Of a stretch of DNA of 64,000 bases, positions 1 through 35,599 are shown in pieces. The notes below the pieces were generated by a model. The model had not been told where the DNA came from. It saw only the letters and a program-made list of their open reading frames with translations, and did not search any database. The stretch covers positions 16,182,001-16,246,000 of the forward strand of contig NC_135667.1 of NCBI RefSeq assembly GCF_964188315.1, written 5' to 3'. This DNA is from Podarcis muralis. Its lineage: Eukaryota. Position 1 is the stretch's first letter. Each line of letters starts with the position of its first letter. A program made the position numbers and the translations under genes.

Positions 1-778
1 CTGATTTCCTAAAAGCTTTTGCCACCCAATTCAATTTGTGAATTTGTAGACAGTGGAGTATAAAAGGCAAGAGTAAGGACTACTACACTTTTCCAATACT
101 TCATGTTTCAGACCTGAGCCTCAGTCCAAACTGAACCAGGCACGTAGGTGGGGTTTTTTGTTTTGTTTTTGTGTATAAAAAATAAAAGTAACCTAGGATA
201 TAGCATTTGGCTAGTTGCACTCATTTCTGCAAAACTGATCCCTGCATCACCTCCTAGAACATGATAAAATCTCTAAATTTGTGGCTTGGCAGTGGAAAGA
301 AAAGTTCGTTCTTATTAAAGTGGTTTTAAAAGAGATTTTGGATTCCAGTCATTGTCGCTCCAGATTCTTTGCTCCCTCCTGGTTGGAAAGAGACAGCACC
401 AAACATTTAGACCACTAGGAAGCAGAAAAGTACAAAGCTAACTTCACAGACAAGAAACTTTCAATTTTACCTACCTCTTATTATCACAGAGATTAAAAAA
501 TTGCTGCAATGGAGAACTTTTGTGAAAATACAAGGAGTATAAACCAAATAATATATATGCCACTTATGTAATCATGGCCATTCAGTATTTAGTGAGATTT
601 TCCGCTTTTTTCCAAGGGATTGCAATGAACAAGATGTGGCTTTTGAAGTGAGAATGGAGAAAAACAAGGGTGCAACCTGGTAGTAGTCCCGGCCTGGCTC
701 GTTTCTGGCTGTAATGCCACATCTTTCATCACTTTCCCCCAGATTCTACCAAAGCCCAAACAGCCTATGGCATTAAGG

Positions 779-901
779 TAGGGTTACCAGATGTCCCCGT
801 TTCCCAGGGACAGTCCCCGGATTTACAAATCAGCCCCCCTACAAAATCCATTGAAGATGAAAAGTGTCTCCAGATTCATTGAAAAAAATCTGGTAACCTT
901 A
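779..901. mobile_element. Non-autonomous hAT (Tip100-like) MITE, 123 bp
   Basis: TIRs TAGGGTTACCAGAT and ATCTGGTAACCTTA (1 mismatch). Degenerate 8-bp flanks cattaagg and tgctaagg. Confidence 0.7.
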
Positions 902-2196
902 TGCTAAGGAGTTGGAAGGGATGTGAAACAAAACTCCAGAATCGGAGATCTCAGGCTGGTGATAGCCAGGGGATTTCCCCAATGACAACAATTTCACACT
1001 GCCAACCTAGTTTTATAATATAGCAGGACAGTACAGGATTTGGAGATGTCTGCCCCTTCTGTGTACTTTCTCAACATTAGGAAGTGTTTGTGGCAGAGGT
1101 GTCGAAGACGTGACAACTACTGGTTTGAAAGTGGATTATGGACGGGTCCCTTGCCATAAGCAACCAGGCTACAAGCAGCATCAGTGGCCTACTTCCTCCT
1201 CCACTCTCATTTGGCATGATATATCATACTAGGGCAACTCATAATAATGAGAATCCAGCCTTTAGGGTAGCAAGAGAAATCCTTAGGGCTTTTTGTGCTG
1301 CTTAGAGCAACAATCAAATCTAGCTCAGTGTTCAATAGTGGCTAGCAAAGTGAGATACCACACTTGGGTGGGGAAGCCTCTGGGTATGACTGGCAGGGGT
1401 TACCTGTAGACCTGCACAAATTTACCTTAGTGTCTTGGCATGGCTTATAGCAATGCAAGTGAGAGGACCAAAACATACTTTGTCCCAACTTCAAAGGCGT
1501 TACGAAGTCTGTCATGCAGGTATCTTGGACCATTTGATTTTGCCCAACTCCCTGGCAGGTGTTGGCTTTTAAATGGGCATTTCTTAAGTTGCCCTCTGGG
1601 GTGTGGGATCATGCTTTGGAGAAAGGGCTTTGTCTGCTGGGCTCTAAGTCTAGGACTTGTGCAGGAAGGATTAAAGGTGGAGGCAGGAAAATGGAAAACC
1701 CACCTTCAATTTCAGGCAGCCACTCGCACTGGTTTATCACTCTGTCCCTAAAGCAAAAGGGTGAGGGAAGAGGGAGACGAAAATGAGGCTTTCATTTCTC
1801 TTCCAAAGCAAAAACACTGTTGATGCCAAAGTGTTTCACCTCCTGTAAAACCAATGTCCTACTTCCATACCGTCACAATTGCTCTGGAGATGTGATGCTT
1901 TTGGGGGAATCTTGATCAAACAGTGTACAGTTTGGCTCCAAGTCTTGTTCCCTTTCATCTTTTAAAGGGCTACAAAAATTATACTCGTCCAGGGTGCCAG
2001 CCTCCCGTTCCCAGAACTCCAGTTTTAATCTAATAGTGTCCTGCTTCCACCAGATGGGGCTAAAAACCCAGGATTCAAGTGAGAAAGATTGTAGAGGTCT
2101 TGTGCTTTCCCCTCCTCTTCCTCCTGCCCTCCTCCCCGCCAGCCATCCAAAGACACACACGCACACACCGAGGAATCCAGAAGCACCAGTTTGGGG

Positions 2197-2202
2197 TTTA
2201 AT
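2197..2202 (-). terminator. Probable FBRS polyadenylation signal (ATTAAA) with a downstream GU-rich element
   Basis: ATTAAA on the minus strand, followed 30-45 nt downstream by GGTGTGTGCGTGTGTGTCTTT (plus 2150-2170). Confidence 0.55.
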
Positions 2203-2991
2203 TAACCAACCTGGGGAAGAAAAGGGGCACTGGACAAGTGCATTACACCCTCCTCACTGCACCTTTCCGATCAATTACAGAAGGAGGAAAGGGACCGGGA
2301 GGTGGAGAGGGTGCGGATACAGGTATAGAAAAGAGCAGTACAGTAAAAACAAGGGGAGCTGTGGGGGGAGGACAGGAGAAGAGGGAGAAGTCACTTTTAA
2401 AATCACAATCTCAAACCTTTTATAAATGTACAAAAAAACCTTTTCCCCCACCTGCTTGGGGCAGAATATATAAATATTTACACTGCCTGGCAGGGGGAGG
2501 TGCCCCAAGATACATCCCTCCCCCTTCCCCTGAAAGCAGCTTTCCCATCAGTCCATTGAGGGAGAAGAACACGCCCCAGAGCCATTTCAGCCCAGCAGGA
2601 ATACTGGAAGCAGACACAAAACCTGTTAGGAAGAGGGATCTGGGAAGAAACCGGGACCCCAAACTGGGGGCACACCAGCCCCTCGACTCCTGCCCTCCCT
2701 CCGCCACAAACACCTCTAAAACAGAGACATCACACCCCGTATCTCTTAAGCCCCAACCTGAGCTTGGAAGAGGTTCCAACTATTCATAGCTGAAGGAGGC
2801 GAAAGTCCTTCTGGGAGGGGTGGCTGGGTGCTCCTCAGGTTAAGGCAGCAGGAGGCTGCACTCTTATCCCTGCCTGACAGGAAGGGGATGGGGGGCTCGG
2901 TATCTCTGCCCAGGGCTCACGCTGACCCCACCAGTCCACTGGAGACAAGGGAAGCTGCTTGATACAGGTGCGCACATGTCCCAGAGCACCA

Positions 2992-19535
<16,544 letters not shown>

Positions 19536-20194
19536 GGTTCCCCCCTTGAGGTACAGAGAATGTGTCGTGTTGTGTCCTGTGGATACTGCAGACACGCAAG
19601 AAGGTGGGGGGGGGGGGGACACTCTTCACCCTTCCCCAGCCAGTTGCATTGCAGCTGCTCTCAACTGAGCCCTTGTTCTTCCACAGATGCCACTTGGAAA
19701 AGCAAGAACGAAACTCCTCTCTTCTTTTCCGTAAAAAAGAGGGTTTTGTATTTCGTGGCCAAAACAAAAAATCCTTGGCCTTTACACCTTACAGTTGTCA
19801 GCAACCTTTCCTTGATTTACATTTAGAGAGCCCACTCAACACAAGTGGATCCTTTTTGCTCTGGGAAAGTCAAAACAACTCTCCTTTCATTCAAGTTTAA
19901 TTCCCTCTCAAGTGACAGGGATGGCAGCTTCTGGTTTTTTTCTGCTTGTTTTTGGTCTTTGTCTTAAAGGCAAGACCATTAAATTAAAAAGAATTAAATA
20001 CTTTCAACATAGAACTCTAAGAAGCGGAAGGTGATCCAATAACTTTTTCTTCCTTTACATAAAATCAGCCCCTGCCAGCTCACAGAGATCTCTCTCTAAC
20101 ATGGAGCCTCCTGTTTGGGTGGGGAAGGAAATCTGTCAAAACACCCTCGCCTTGGACAAGGGTTTTACATCCCTCCAACTGCGACACAGTGTGC

Positions 20195-20197
<3 letters not shown>

Positions 20198-20226
<29 letters not shown>
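20198..20226. repeat. (TA)n microsatellite at the edge of the FBRS CpG island
   Basis: Directly visible. Confidence 0.9.
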
Positions 20227-20231
<5 letters not shown>

Positions 20232-20299
20232 TGTTTGTAAAACCCAATTTTAAAACAAACCCCAGCGCATGGCAACTTTCTTGCAGGTTGAAGGAAGCC

Positions 20300-21870
20300 T
20301 TTGCTTTAAGTGCCTATCTGTGTGGTTTTTTTCGGAGACGAACCGCGAAGCTGTCACTTTCGACTTTCCCTCAGGGGAATTGGGGGTTCGCCCCCGACGG
20401 AGCTGCCAGCCTGGGCAGCCTCCCCTTCAAGACTGCGGAGGTGGCTCCTGCCAACAATGGCAAGCGGCTTCCGCCCAGAGGGCAACTCACTTCCTCCGCT
20501 CGGCCGAGGGCTCCCCGCGAGGGAAGCGACTCCGCGGGGCCATCTCTTCTTCCTCTTCTGCTTTCCCGGGAAGCGGCACCTTCTTCCTCCTCCTCCTCCT
20601 CGCGAACCTCGGTCCGTGAAGAAGAGGCCTCCCGGATTCCTCCCACAGGGTGTGACCTTGCCTTTAAGGGTCCGGATCTCTGTCTCTCAATTTCCCCTTT
20701 AAGAGTGTTCGATTTTGAGTCCGCCACACATTTCCTGCCAAAGCATGGCCTCCCCTTTAAGAATGTGGATTTAAAGTTCTCCCTTGTCAGACACCGACTC
20801 TCCCAGCGACCGGAATGAAAAGCCCTCCAAGCATTTCTCTTTCCTCCTTGTCAGCTTGCGCTGCCCTTTAAGGATCCAGCGTTCAAGGTCCTCCGGAGAA
20901 ACCCGAATTTCACCTTTAAGGGCCACCCCTCCCTCTCAGCCACAATGAGGGCCCGAGAAGAACTCCCCTTTAAGAGGGCCGAGCTCCCTTTAAATCCATT
21001 GACAGGCGCTGGCGGTTGGAGGGGGGGTTGTTGTCCTCCGGCGGAAAGGGCCCCCTCTTCTCGCGGCCCCCCCAAGCTGTCCCTTTAAGAGCGCCGGCCG
21101 TTGAGGGGGCTGTTCAACTCACCCCACCTTTTCGCCTCCGTCCAGGCTCGCGGCAAGCGGCCCCGCGAGCCCCTGACGCTGATTGGCTGCGAGGCTGGTA
21201 CCCTCCGCTCTCGTCGCGGCCCCCCCACAGCTGATTGGCCGAAGCGGTGAGGTGAGTAAGGATGGGGGAGGGGTGGCTGGCTGGCTGGCAGGGTCCGGCT
21301 GCAGGGAGGGAGGCCGGCAGGCGGGCTGGCGTGGCGCTCCCGTCCCCCTCGCGCCTGGGTGGGGGGGCCTTTCGGCTGGCCGTCCTTTGCCCCCTCCCCG
21401 CTCCGTCTCCGCTGCTGCCCCCCGACTCTCCCTCTCCCTCTAGCAGCCTCTGCCGGATCCCCTTCGTCTCTGCGCACGGCACGCAACTCCTCCCACAGCG
21501 TCATATCCCTCCGCCCTCTGAGTTGATGGAACCATTTAAAAAATCCCTCCGCTGGAAAAAGAAAAGGAAATAGTCCCTTCGGTTAGCCTCTGTTTCCGCC
21601 CACCCGCCCCTTGGAGACTGTTCGAGGTGGAGGGTGTTCCCTTAAACCAACACCCCCGCCTTCAGAGTCACTTCCGTCCTCCGCAGGGTGACGTCATGGT
21701 TTCACGGAGACAAACGTGATGCAATGATGTCATACTTTCTTCGCAGCAACCTCGCACGGTGATGCTATAACGCCAGCGCGTGATGTCATAGGGCTCAGCG
21801 CCACATGCCTCTGCTGTAGCAGCCCGTTGAGGACGAAGGAGAACTTGATGACGTCACAACACTACCATGT
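20300..21870 (-). promoter_or_regulatory. CpG-island promoter and 5' region of FBRS
   Basis: High CpG and GC content. Two CCAAT boxes on the minus strand (ATTGG at 21182 and 21234), GC boxes at about 21595-21660, an ETS core ACTTCCG at about 21670, and CRE palindromes at 21689 and 21849. Confidence 0.8.
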
Positions 21871-23059
21871 CATGCCATCCTCCCGCAATGGAACTGTTAC
21901 TTTCTAAGCTTCCGCATAAAGTAGTACTTTTGAACCCTTCATCCAGTAGAGGACTGTCTGCGTTGTCTGGCAGAACGGCTCTGGGATTTTTTTACAGGGG
22001 TATCTCTCAGCCTCGATACTATTCCATTAGCAATAGCCCTGCACTGAATTTCAAAAGCATTTGTTTGAAAAAATTGTTATAGACTTTAGTCAGATAAAAG
22101 TAGCTGAAACTATGATGAATCAGATATGATAAATCCTTCTGCATTGTTGTTAACTTTGACAGAAGTTTATATTGCACTGTGACTGTAAAGAATTAGAAAT
22201 GGGGGGGGGACAAAATATCAACAACCTGATTTAGAGTTTAATTAAAAACTGGAGCTTGCTCAGAGGAAGACCTCCAGTACAGTGAGGGGGAAGGAAATCA
22301 AGTCCAATTAGAAAATTTAAAAAGAAATAGAGCAGCAACTTTTGAATTTTTGAATTGCTATTACATAGCACAAATTCATTTCCTGTCATTCAGGGTAGAT
22401 CCAAACTAACAGCTTCAAATTACAAGGGGATTTCAATTAAACATTATAAAGAACTTACTGATGATATGAGCTGTTTTAACCACAGTGGATGGAGCAGTCG
22501 CAGATTTTGTATAACTGCTGACTAAACGTGTTTTGAGGTCCCTTCTATTATTCTAGATGCATACTTGTGTTTAGATAACCGAAGTCTTTGTGGTCCTTTT
22601 GCTTTATACCTTGAAGACAAAGTCGCTGAACTCTGGAAGGACTTCGTTGTTGCAGTCTGTTGAGGTGCCCAATGCCATGCATATCTAAACTGGTGTAGGA
22701 TCAATTTCAGATGATGTGGCCGGACTATGTGGGCAGGGTGCTTGCAGCAATGAGTCTAACTACCGTATGTGCTCTCTTGCTCCTCGCCATCATTTGCTAA
22801 TAAAAACGAGCAGAAAATATGTGAGTGGGCAGGTTCAGAATGCAGTTAATGCATGTCTGTTTAAGAGGGTGGTCTCCAGTGTTCTCAACAAGGCAAGTGC
22901 ACCCTGGACCCTCTGATGCAGAGTAACTACCAACCAGTTGTGTATTATTAGTAAGGTGCCTAGAGAAGGTTGTAGCATAACAACTGCAGGCATTCCTCTC
23001 CCCAAAACTAGAACTTGTGGATCTCCAAAGAAACTGAATATTAAAACTTTATTCTCAGA

Positions 23060-23410
23060 CCCTGCAGTCACTGAAGCCCTTATTTGTATGTCTTCTGCAC
23101 AAGAGGTCCAGAGGGTGGGAACACAAGAATGGGCCTTTTTTACAGTGGTTTCCCATTTGTGGAATGCTCTCCTTGGGGAGGCTTGCTTGGCACCTTCATT
23201 ACGTATCTTCAGGCAACAGGAAAAAACTTTCCTCTATAACCAGGCCTTTGGCCTTTTAACTATTTGTGGCCTTTTAGAAGTGGATGGGATGTTTTTAATG
23301 TATTCCCTTTTCCTCTTGGTTTTAATGTATGTATGTGGGGTCTTCTCTCTTGTTTGGTTGTAAGTTGCTTTGAGTTGCCCTGGGCAAGATAAAGCAATTA
23401 ACAAAGTCAC
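23060..23410 (+). mobile_element. L2 LINE 3' end, degenerate
   Basis: gggccttttttacagtggtttcccatttgtggaatgctctcc (AFxVVxxHLWNAL) followed by a T-rich 3' UTR and tgtaagttgctttgagttgccctgggcaagataaagcaatt. Confidence 0.6.
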
Positions 23411-23559
23411 CAAACAATGACGATGACAGACAAATGGAAATACTTCTTCACACAGCACATAAACTATGGAATTCGCTCCCATAAGAGGAATTCAGTCTCC
23501 CATTGTGAGACTGAATCAGCCTTGGTGGCCCCGATGGAGAACTTCTACTGAGAGCAAGG

Positions 23560-24000
23560 CACAGGGAGTATAACCATTCTCCTTCTTCTCAAGCTCTTGG
23601 TGGCTTTTTATATCATTGACCATGACATTCTCCTGGACCAACTCTTGTGAGCTGGGTATTGGAGGGACTGCACTGCAGTGGTTCTGATCCTATCTGCAGG
23701 TTTAGGTCCAGTTGAAAAGATACTCATTGGTGCCACAGCGGTTTTACATTATGGTGCACCACAAGGCACCACTTCGTCACCAATGTCTTTTTACCATACG
23801 TATAAAGTTGCTAGGAATTTTGGGACAGGATGTCATCAGTATGCAACATTCCGCTCTACTTCTTTTATACATCTGATTCAGGTTAGGCTGCACACACCCT
23901 GGACCAGTGGGCTGAATGAATCGCAGTAAGACTGTGGTTGAGTGGTTCCCAAGTCCAGGAGGCAAATTGTCTGTTCCAGACTCTCCCTTGGGTGGTTTGC
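23560..24000 (+). mobile_element. Degenerate L2 reverse-transcriptase fragment
   Basis: The translation GAPQGTTSSPM...GCHQYA parallels G..QGAILSPML...GCHQYADD of the L2 copy at 57000-57150. Confidence 0.6.
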
Positions 24001-25564
24001 ATCTTGAAGGTGCTCCTGGATCCGTTTGGTCTCAATGGCCAGGAACTCCATCTATAAACCTTTGTCTGGGAGGACAATTCCTGGATTGGGATAGCTTGGC
24101 CACTGTGTGTCAGATGTTTGTAAGCTCAACATTATACAATACAGTGATGCATCCTAGGCAAGGCTTTGATTGGGTTTGGTCCAGCAGCTGGGACTACTAA
24201 GGGTGCCACATTCTGCTTGCCTTGTTTCTTCTACAAGAGGACATTTAATGTGTCTGCACCTAGGTTCTGTAACTCCCTATTACCATGAAGCAAACACCAC
24301 AAGTACTTTGTTTCAGATGCCCACTTAAGCCTCTTCTGCTTGCTTTTCCAATGCGTTGTTCAGCCAATAATTTATTGCGTATCACCATCCAGATGTTGGC
24401 ATAAGTTTTGTGTGCTCTTTTATGGGTATGTTCACAGCCCAGGTCCTTCGTATACTGTGCAATATTAAAACCTGTAAATTAATAAAAGCAGGCAGGACTG
24501 AGAGGAAGAGAAGTCTGAGATACACAACGGAGCAAGGTTAGCGAAAAATGCAACCATCCCCACCCAGAAAAGCACCTGACGGCAAGGCCTGCCAGATGAC
24601 CCTGTAGCAAAGGTAATAAAAAAATACTGAACAGAAGCAAAAGTAGAGAATGAATGTAGCCCACCTAAGCCTTGAAGAAAGAGTTTGTTTCACCCACAAC
24701 AGTATGGAGGGAAGGTGTACCATGTTTATTTAACAAGTTTTATATAGCATCAAAACCTCTAAGCAGTTTACATAACTATAGACAGGGGGACCTTTCTCCT
24801 GATGCACGTAAGGAGCAGCAGAACCTTTGTCAGGGCTTCAGAGTCTTCCAAACTTTGACCAGAGCCTACTGTACTGGGATAAAAGCTGCTCAATACATCC
24901 TAAGCAGTTAACTAACAAGAAAAGGCATTTTCCAGTAGACAAACGGACCAAAGAAAGGCCTGCGAGAGTGAATAGGATGGAAATGTCTCCACTCCCACGC
25001 AAAACCTGTTAATTTGATAAAATGAGATGTTACTGTTGCAGTACTAACCATGAGGAATCAATCAGACATGCTGTCTTTTCCTGTAACGAACAACGGAGTG
25101 AATTTCACCAATGTCAACTCTAGACTATGGTAGTTTTGAAGGTGAACGTACCACCTAAAAACAGATTTTAAACTGGGCACAAATGTGAATTTGCACAAAA
25201 TGCACTGCAGACTTCACAAATCCACATATTTTGTTACTTGTTGTAGCCTCTTATACATGTACAATTGTCGTACAACCGGGTGCAGTTCGCTCGAATTCTT
25301 TCTTGCCATTTGATCCCGCATCACAGCAATTTTGCTTTTTGCCATAGCCAACGCACCTACCACCATTCCTGGTAGGAGGCAACATTGGCTGGGGATATAT
25401 GATCCACCGCTTGCTATGGATTTTCATTTTCTGGTTGCTATGCCCTTGTTCCAAGGCAAAATTATTTATTGCGGTCTCCCTTAAAGCTGAATTCAGGGTC
25501 CCACCAAGGCCAGTTAAGGAGCAACTGGCAATATGTGGTTTTTTCCTCCCCCCAAGATACAAAG

Positions 25565-25570
25565 TTTATT
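25565..25570 (-). terminator. Probable PRR14 polyadenylation signal AATAAA
   Basis: TTTATT on the plus strand about 880 nt after the PRR14 stop. A second signal is at about 25465-25470. Confidence 0.6.
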
Positions 25571-26450
25571 AGAAATATAGATTAATAAAAAATGAAAACA
25601 AAAAACACATCATTCCTAACAAAACAGTTGATCCAAGCTAGGAACACCCAGAGGCCTTGATCCAGAGATGCAAAGGCATTCTCTCAGGATTCCCAGCCTC
25701 TCATCCACTGTCTGTGCTTAAACAGGTGGACACGTCCCCATTGCCCAGCCTATTGCTACATCGTCTCTTCCTCCACATCATCCCCTGTGCCATAACAAAA
25801 ACCTGCTCCTGCTGATTCTTTCACACAGTCCCTTTTTTCTTTCTCCTTCCCATCCAACAGGCACGTCGGTTCTGCATTCCTATTTGGTTTGATGGCGATG
25901 GCCGCTCCAGAAAAGGCAACTAGGCCCTCACTTGGCTAGGCCCATCCCTTGCTGGCCTAAGTCTCTCACAGAAGGCACAACAGCGCTGGGCACTAGACAC
26001 TCCTCCCATGCGCGGCACTGGCGGTCTGACTGGGCGCAGGAGGAAGAGTGCAGAGGGCGGGCAACTCTGGGGCACCACAAACATTCTTCCCCTTCCACTC
26101 GCAAGCCAAAGAGCCAAGCAAAAGGGGATTCGTGCGGTGCCAGAGCAGGCACCATGCTGGCTGGGCCAGGTGGCACAGATAGGCACCCAGGCACTATTTT
26201 CAAAGCAGCAGAGCTTGTGGCTCGGAGACTGATCAAGGGAGGAGGAGGCAACAGGCACAGAAGGCCGGTTTGATGGGGAAGTGGAGAATAAACAGCACCA
26301 CAGGAGAAACTTGGAGTGGTATTGGTGACTTTGGTAGAGTTTTTTTTAAAAAAAACCAACAACACCAGCAACCTCTTTTGCTAGTTAAACAGAGGAAGTG
26401 GTCTTGGGCTCCTCGGGGTGCTGCCCTTTCCTCTAGCCTCTGCTCAGATC

Positions 26451-33773
<7,323 letters not shown>

Positions 33774-34730
33774 GGCCTGTCTCAGAAGGGAGACACCAAA
33801 CCCCTTCCTGGCATCAGGAAGGTGGCCGCCCCAGAACAGCCCACAAGGTCTTCATTCCTCCCTTCTCTGCTTCAGAAAAGGAAAAAACCAGAATTAAAAT
33901 GACTGCATTCCCATGGTCCCCAGATATAGTTCTGCCTTTTAAAGCCAAATGCTACTTTAATCCAGATTAACCTGGAATGTGTAACACCACACCCAGATTG
34001 TCAAAACCTACTGCACGGATGACAAATCACAATTCTCTTTGCTAGCTGGAGAAAACTTCACATTTACTACTGAACTAAGCAAAGGATGGTTAAGAGGGCA
34101 CTCCTGTTCTTGTCTACTCAGAAGTAGACCTCTCTCCCCTGGGTTCAATAGGACTTCCTCCCAGCTAAGCGTGTGTAAGCATTGAACCCTATGTGGGTCA
34201 GGGGGGGTACACAGCCTGACTAAAAACCCCTAGCAATGCCACCCCCTCCTTTCTATTGGACCAGCAGGCTCAAACATGCATCCCTCCAATGGCACTGAAC
34301 AAGACACAGAGGCCAGCATGAGAGCTTATTAGGTTTCCCCTTAGAGAAGGTAATTATAAATCATTAGGAGCCATGCAAATAGCACCTTAGCAACAACCAA
34401 AAAAACCGCCCTTCCTTCACGGAGATTCTCCAGGGCTACAAGACTAGAAGCTCAGGTAGGAAGGGAAAACTTCTCAGTGGGAGACAATGTGTTGCTTCTG
34501 CAGATCCCTCCACCCAGGGAGATGGGTAAAATCAAGCACGCACTTGCCAAATGGGGGACAGCAAATTAAAGGTGGGGGCTAGAAACAGAAGCACTGCAAA
34601 GACAAGTACTACAGCAAGCAAGGCAGAAGGAAATCCAAGCTGGAAAATGCACTCCATGGCTTTTAAAGGGCTCAACAGAACAGAAAGAGGGAACCTGTTG
34701 CCTTGCACTGGTGTTGGTCTACAGTACTGT

Positions 34731-34861
34731 ACATAGAATTGTAATTGGAAGGGACCACAGGCGTCATCTAGTCTAACACCTTGCGATGGAGGAATCTTTT
34801 TGCCCAACGTGGGGTTCAAACCCACAACCCTGAGATTAAGAGTCTCCTACTCTACCAACTG
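34731..34861 (-). mobile_element. tRNA(Lys)-derived SINE with a CR1-type tail
   Basis: The minus strand reads cagttggtagagtaggagactcttaatctcagggttgtgggtttgaaccccacgttggg (A and B boxes), then actagatgac...ggtcccttccaattacaattctatg. A tail-only copy is at 38484-38557. Confidence 0.7.
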
Positions 34862-35599
34862 CCCTTGCTGGCAAGAGCTAATGGCAGTTGGGAGTCCAGC
34901 ATCATGTTCAGGGACATGGGTTGCCCAACTCTGCAACACAGATACACACTAAAGGCAGACCAACGTTTTAGTGGATTTACGTTTCCGCACATGACAGGAG
35001 CCTTGCTCAGACATTCATCTTGTCTGTGACCTTCCTCACATTTGACATCTCATTAGCGATTATTCTCAAAAGTTAGCCCTGGCAAGAAGAGATCCAGGAA
35101 GACTGTGGGAGGAAGGGTAGGAAATGCCGAGTAATGCCGGGTGATAAAACTCAAGCCAACAAAAGCGTCCCAAGTCATGGCAAGATGAAACAAATAAGAG
35201 GCAAGCAGCCAAGTGAGCAGAGGGTAGGTGATTTTGCTGGGGCTACTGCCAGTGGCAATATTAGGCTGTCTCAGACCATATTTTCTCAGTAGAGTCCTGG
35301 ACTAACCAGCTTGGAACAGCTGCTCCCTTCAGCAAAGACACTGTGATCTCTTCCATCCAAATATTTTCCTCCCAGGAGTCGGTATTTTAATATTTATTAG
35401 GTATTAGCAGCATTTATGGGAGTCTTAAAAATCCACTTATCCAATTTCCTGTTTTGCAGCATAATTATTCGCTGGGTCTTCTTAACTATGTAAGAAGATT
35501 GGTGGGGGTGATGCCAGGCAAAGATGGCAGGCAAAGATGGGAGTTCTGTCCCTTGGACATGGAGGGACAGTGTAATCAACGATCCTCCTCAAAACTTGA

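Noticed and set aside
19536-19622. N-terminal extension of FBRS given by the ORF track (MSPPPPP...)
   Set aside because: It starts at a GTG next to the poly-C tract. Family similarity and a strong Kozak context begin at ATG 19535.
20189-20818. 209-aa plus-strand ORF and overlapping ORFs in the FBRS CpG island
   Set aside because: It starts in the (TA)n repeat (YIYIY), has a non-ATG start and no recognisable domain. Long ORFs are expected in GC-rich DNA.
34790-34861. tRNA-Lys-like sequence on the minus strand
   Set aside because: The acceptor stem is incomplete and it continues into a CR1-type tail, so it is a SINE head rather than a tRNA gene. The same applies to 54240-54305 and the Sauria SINE head.
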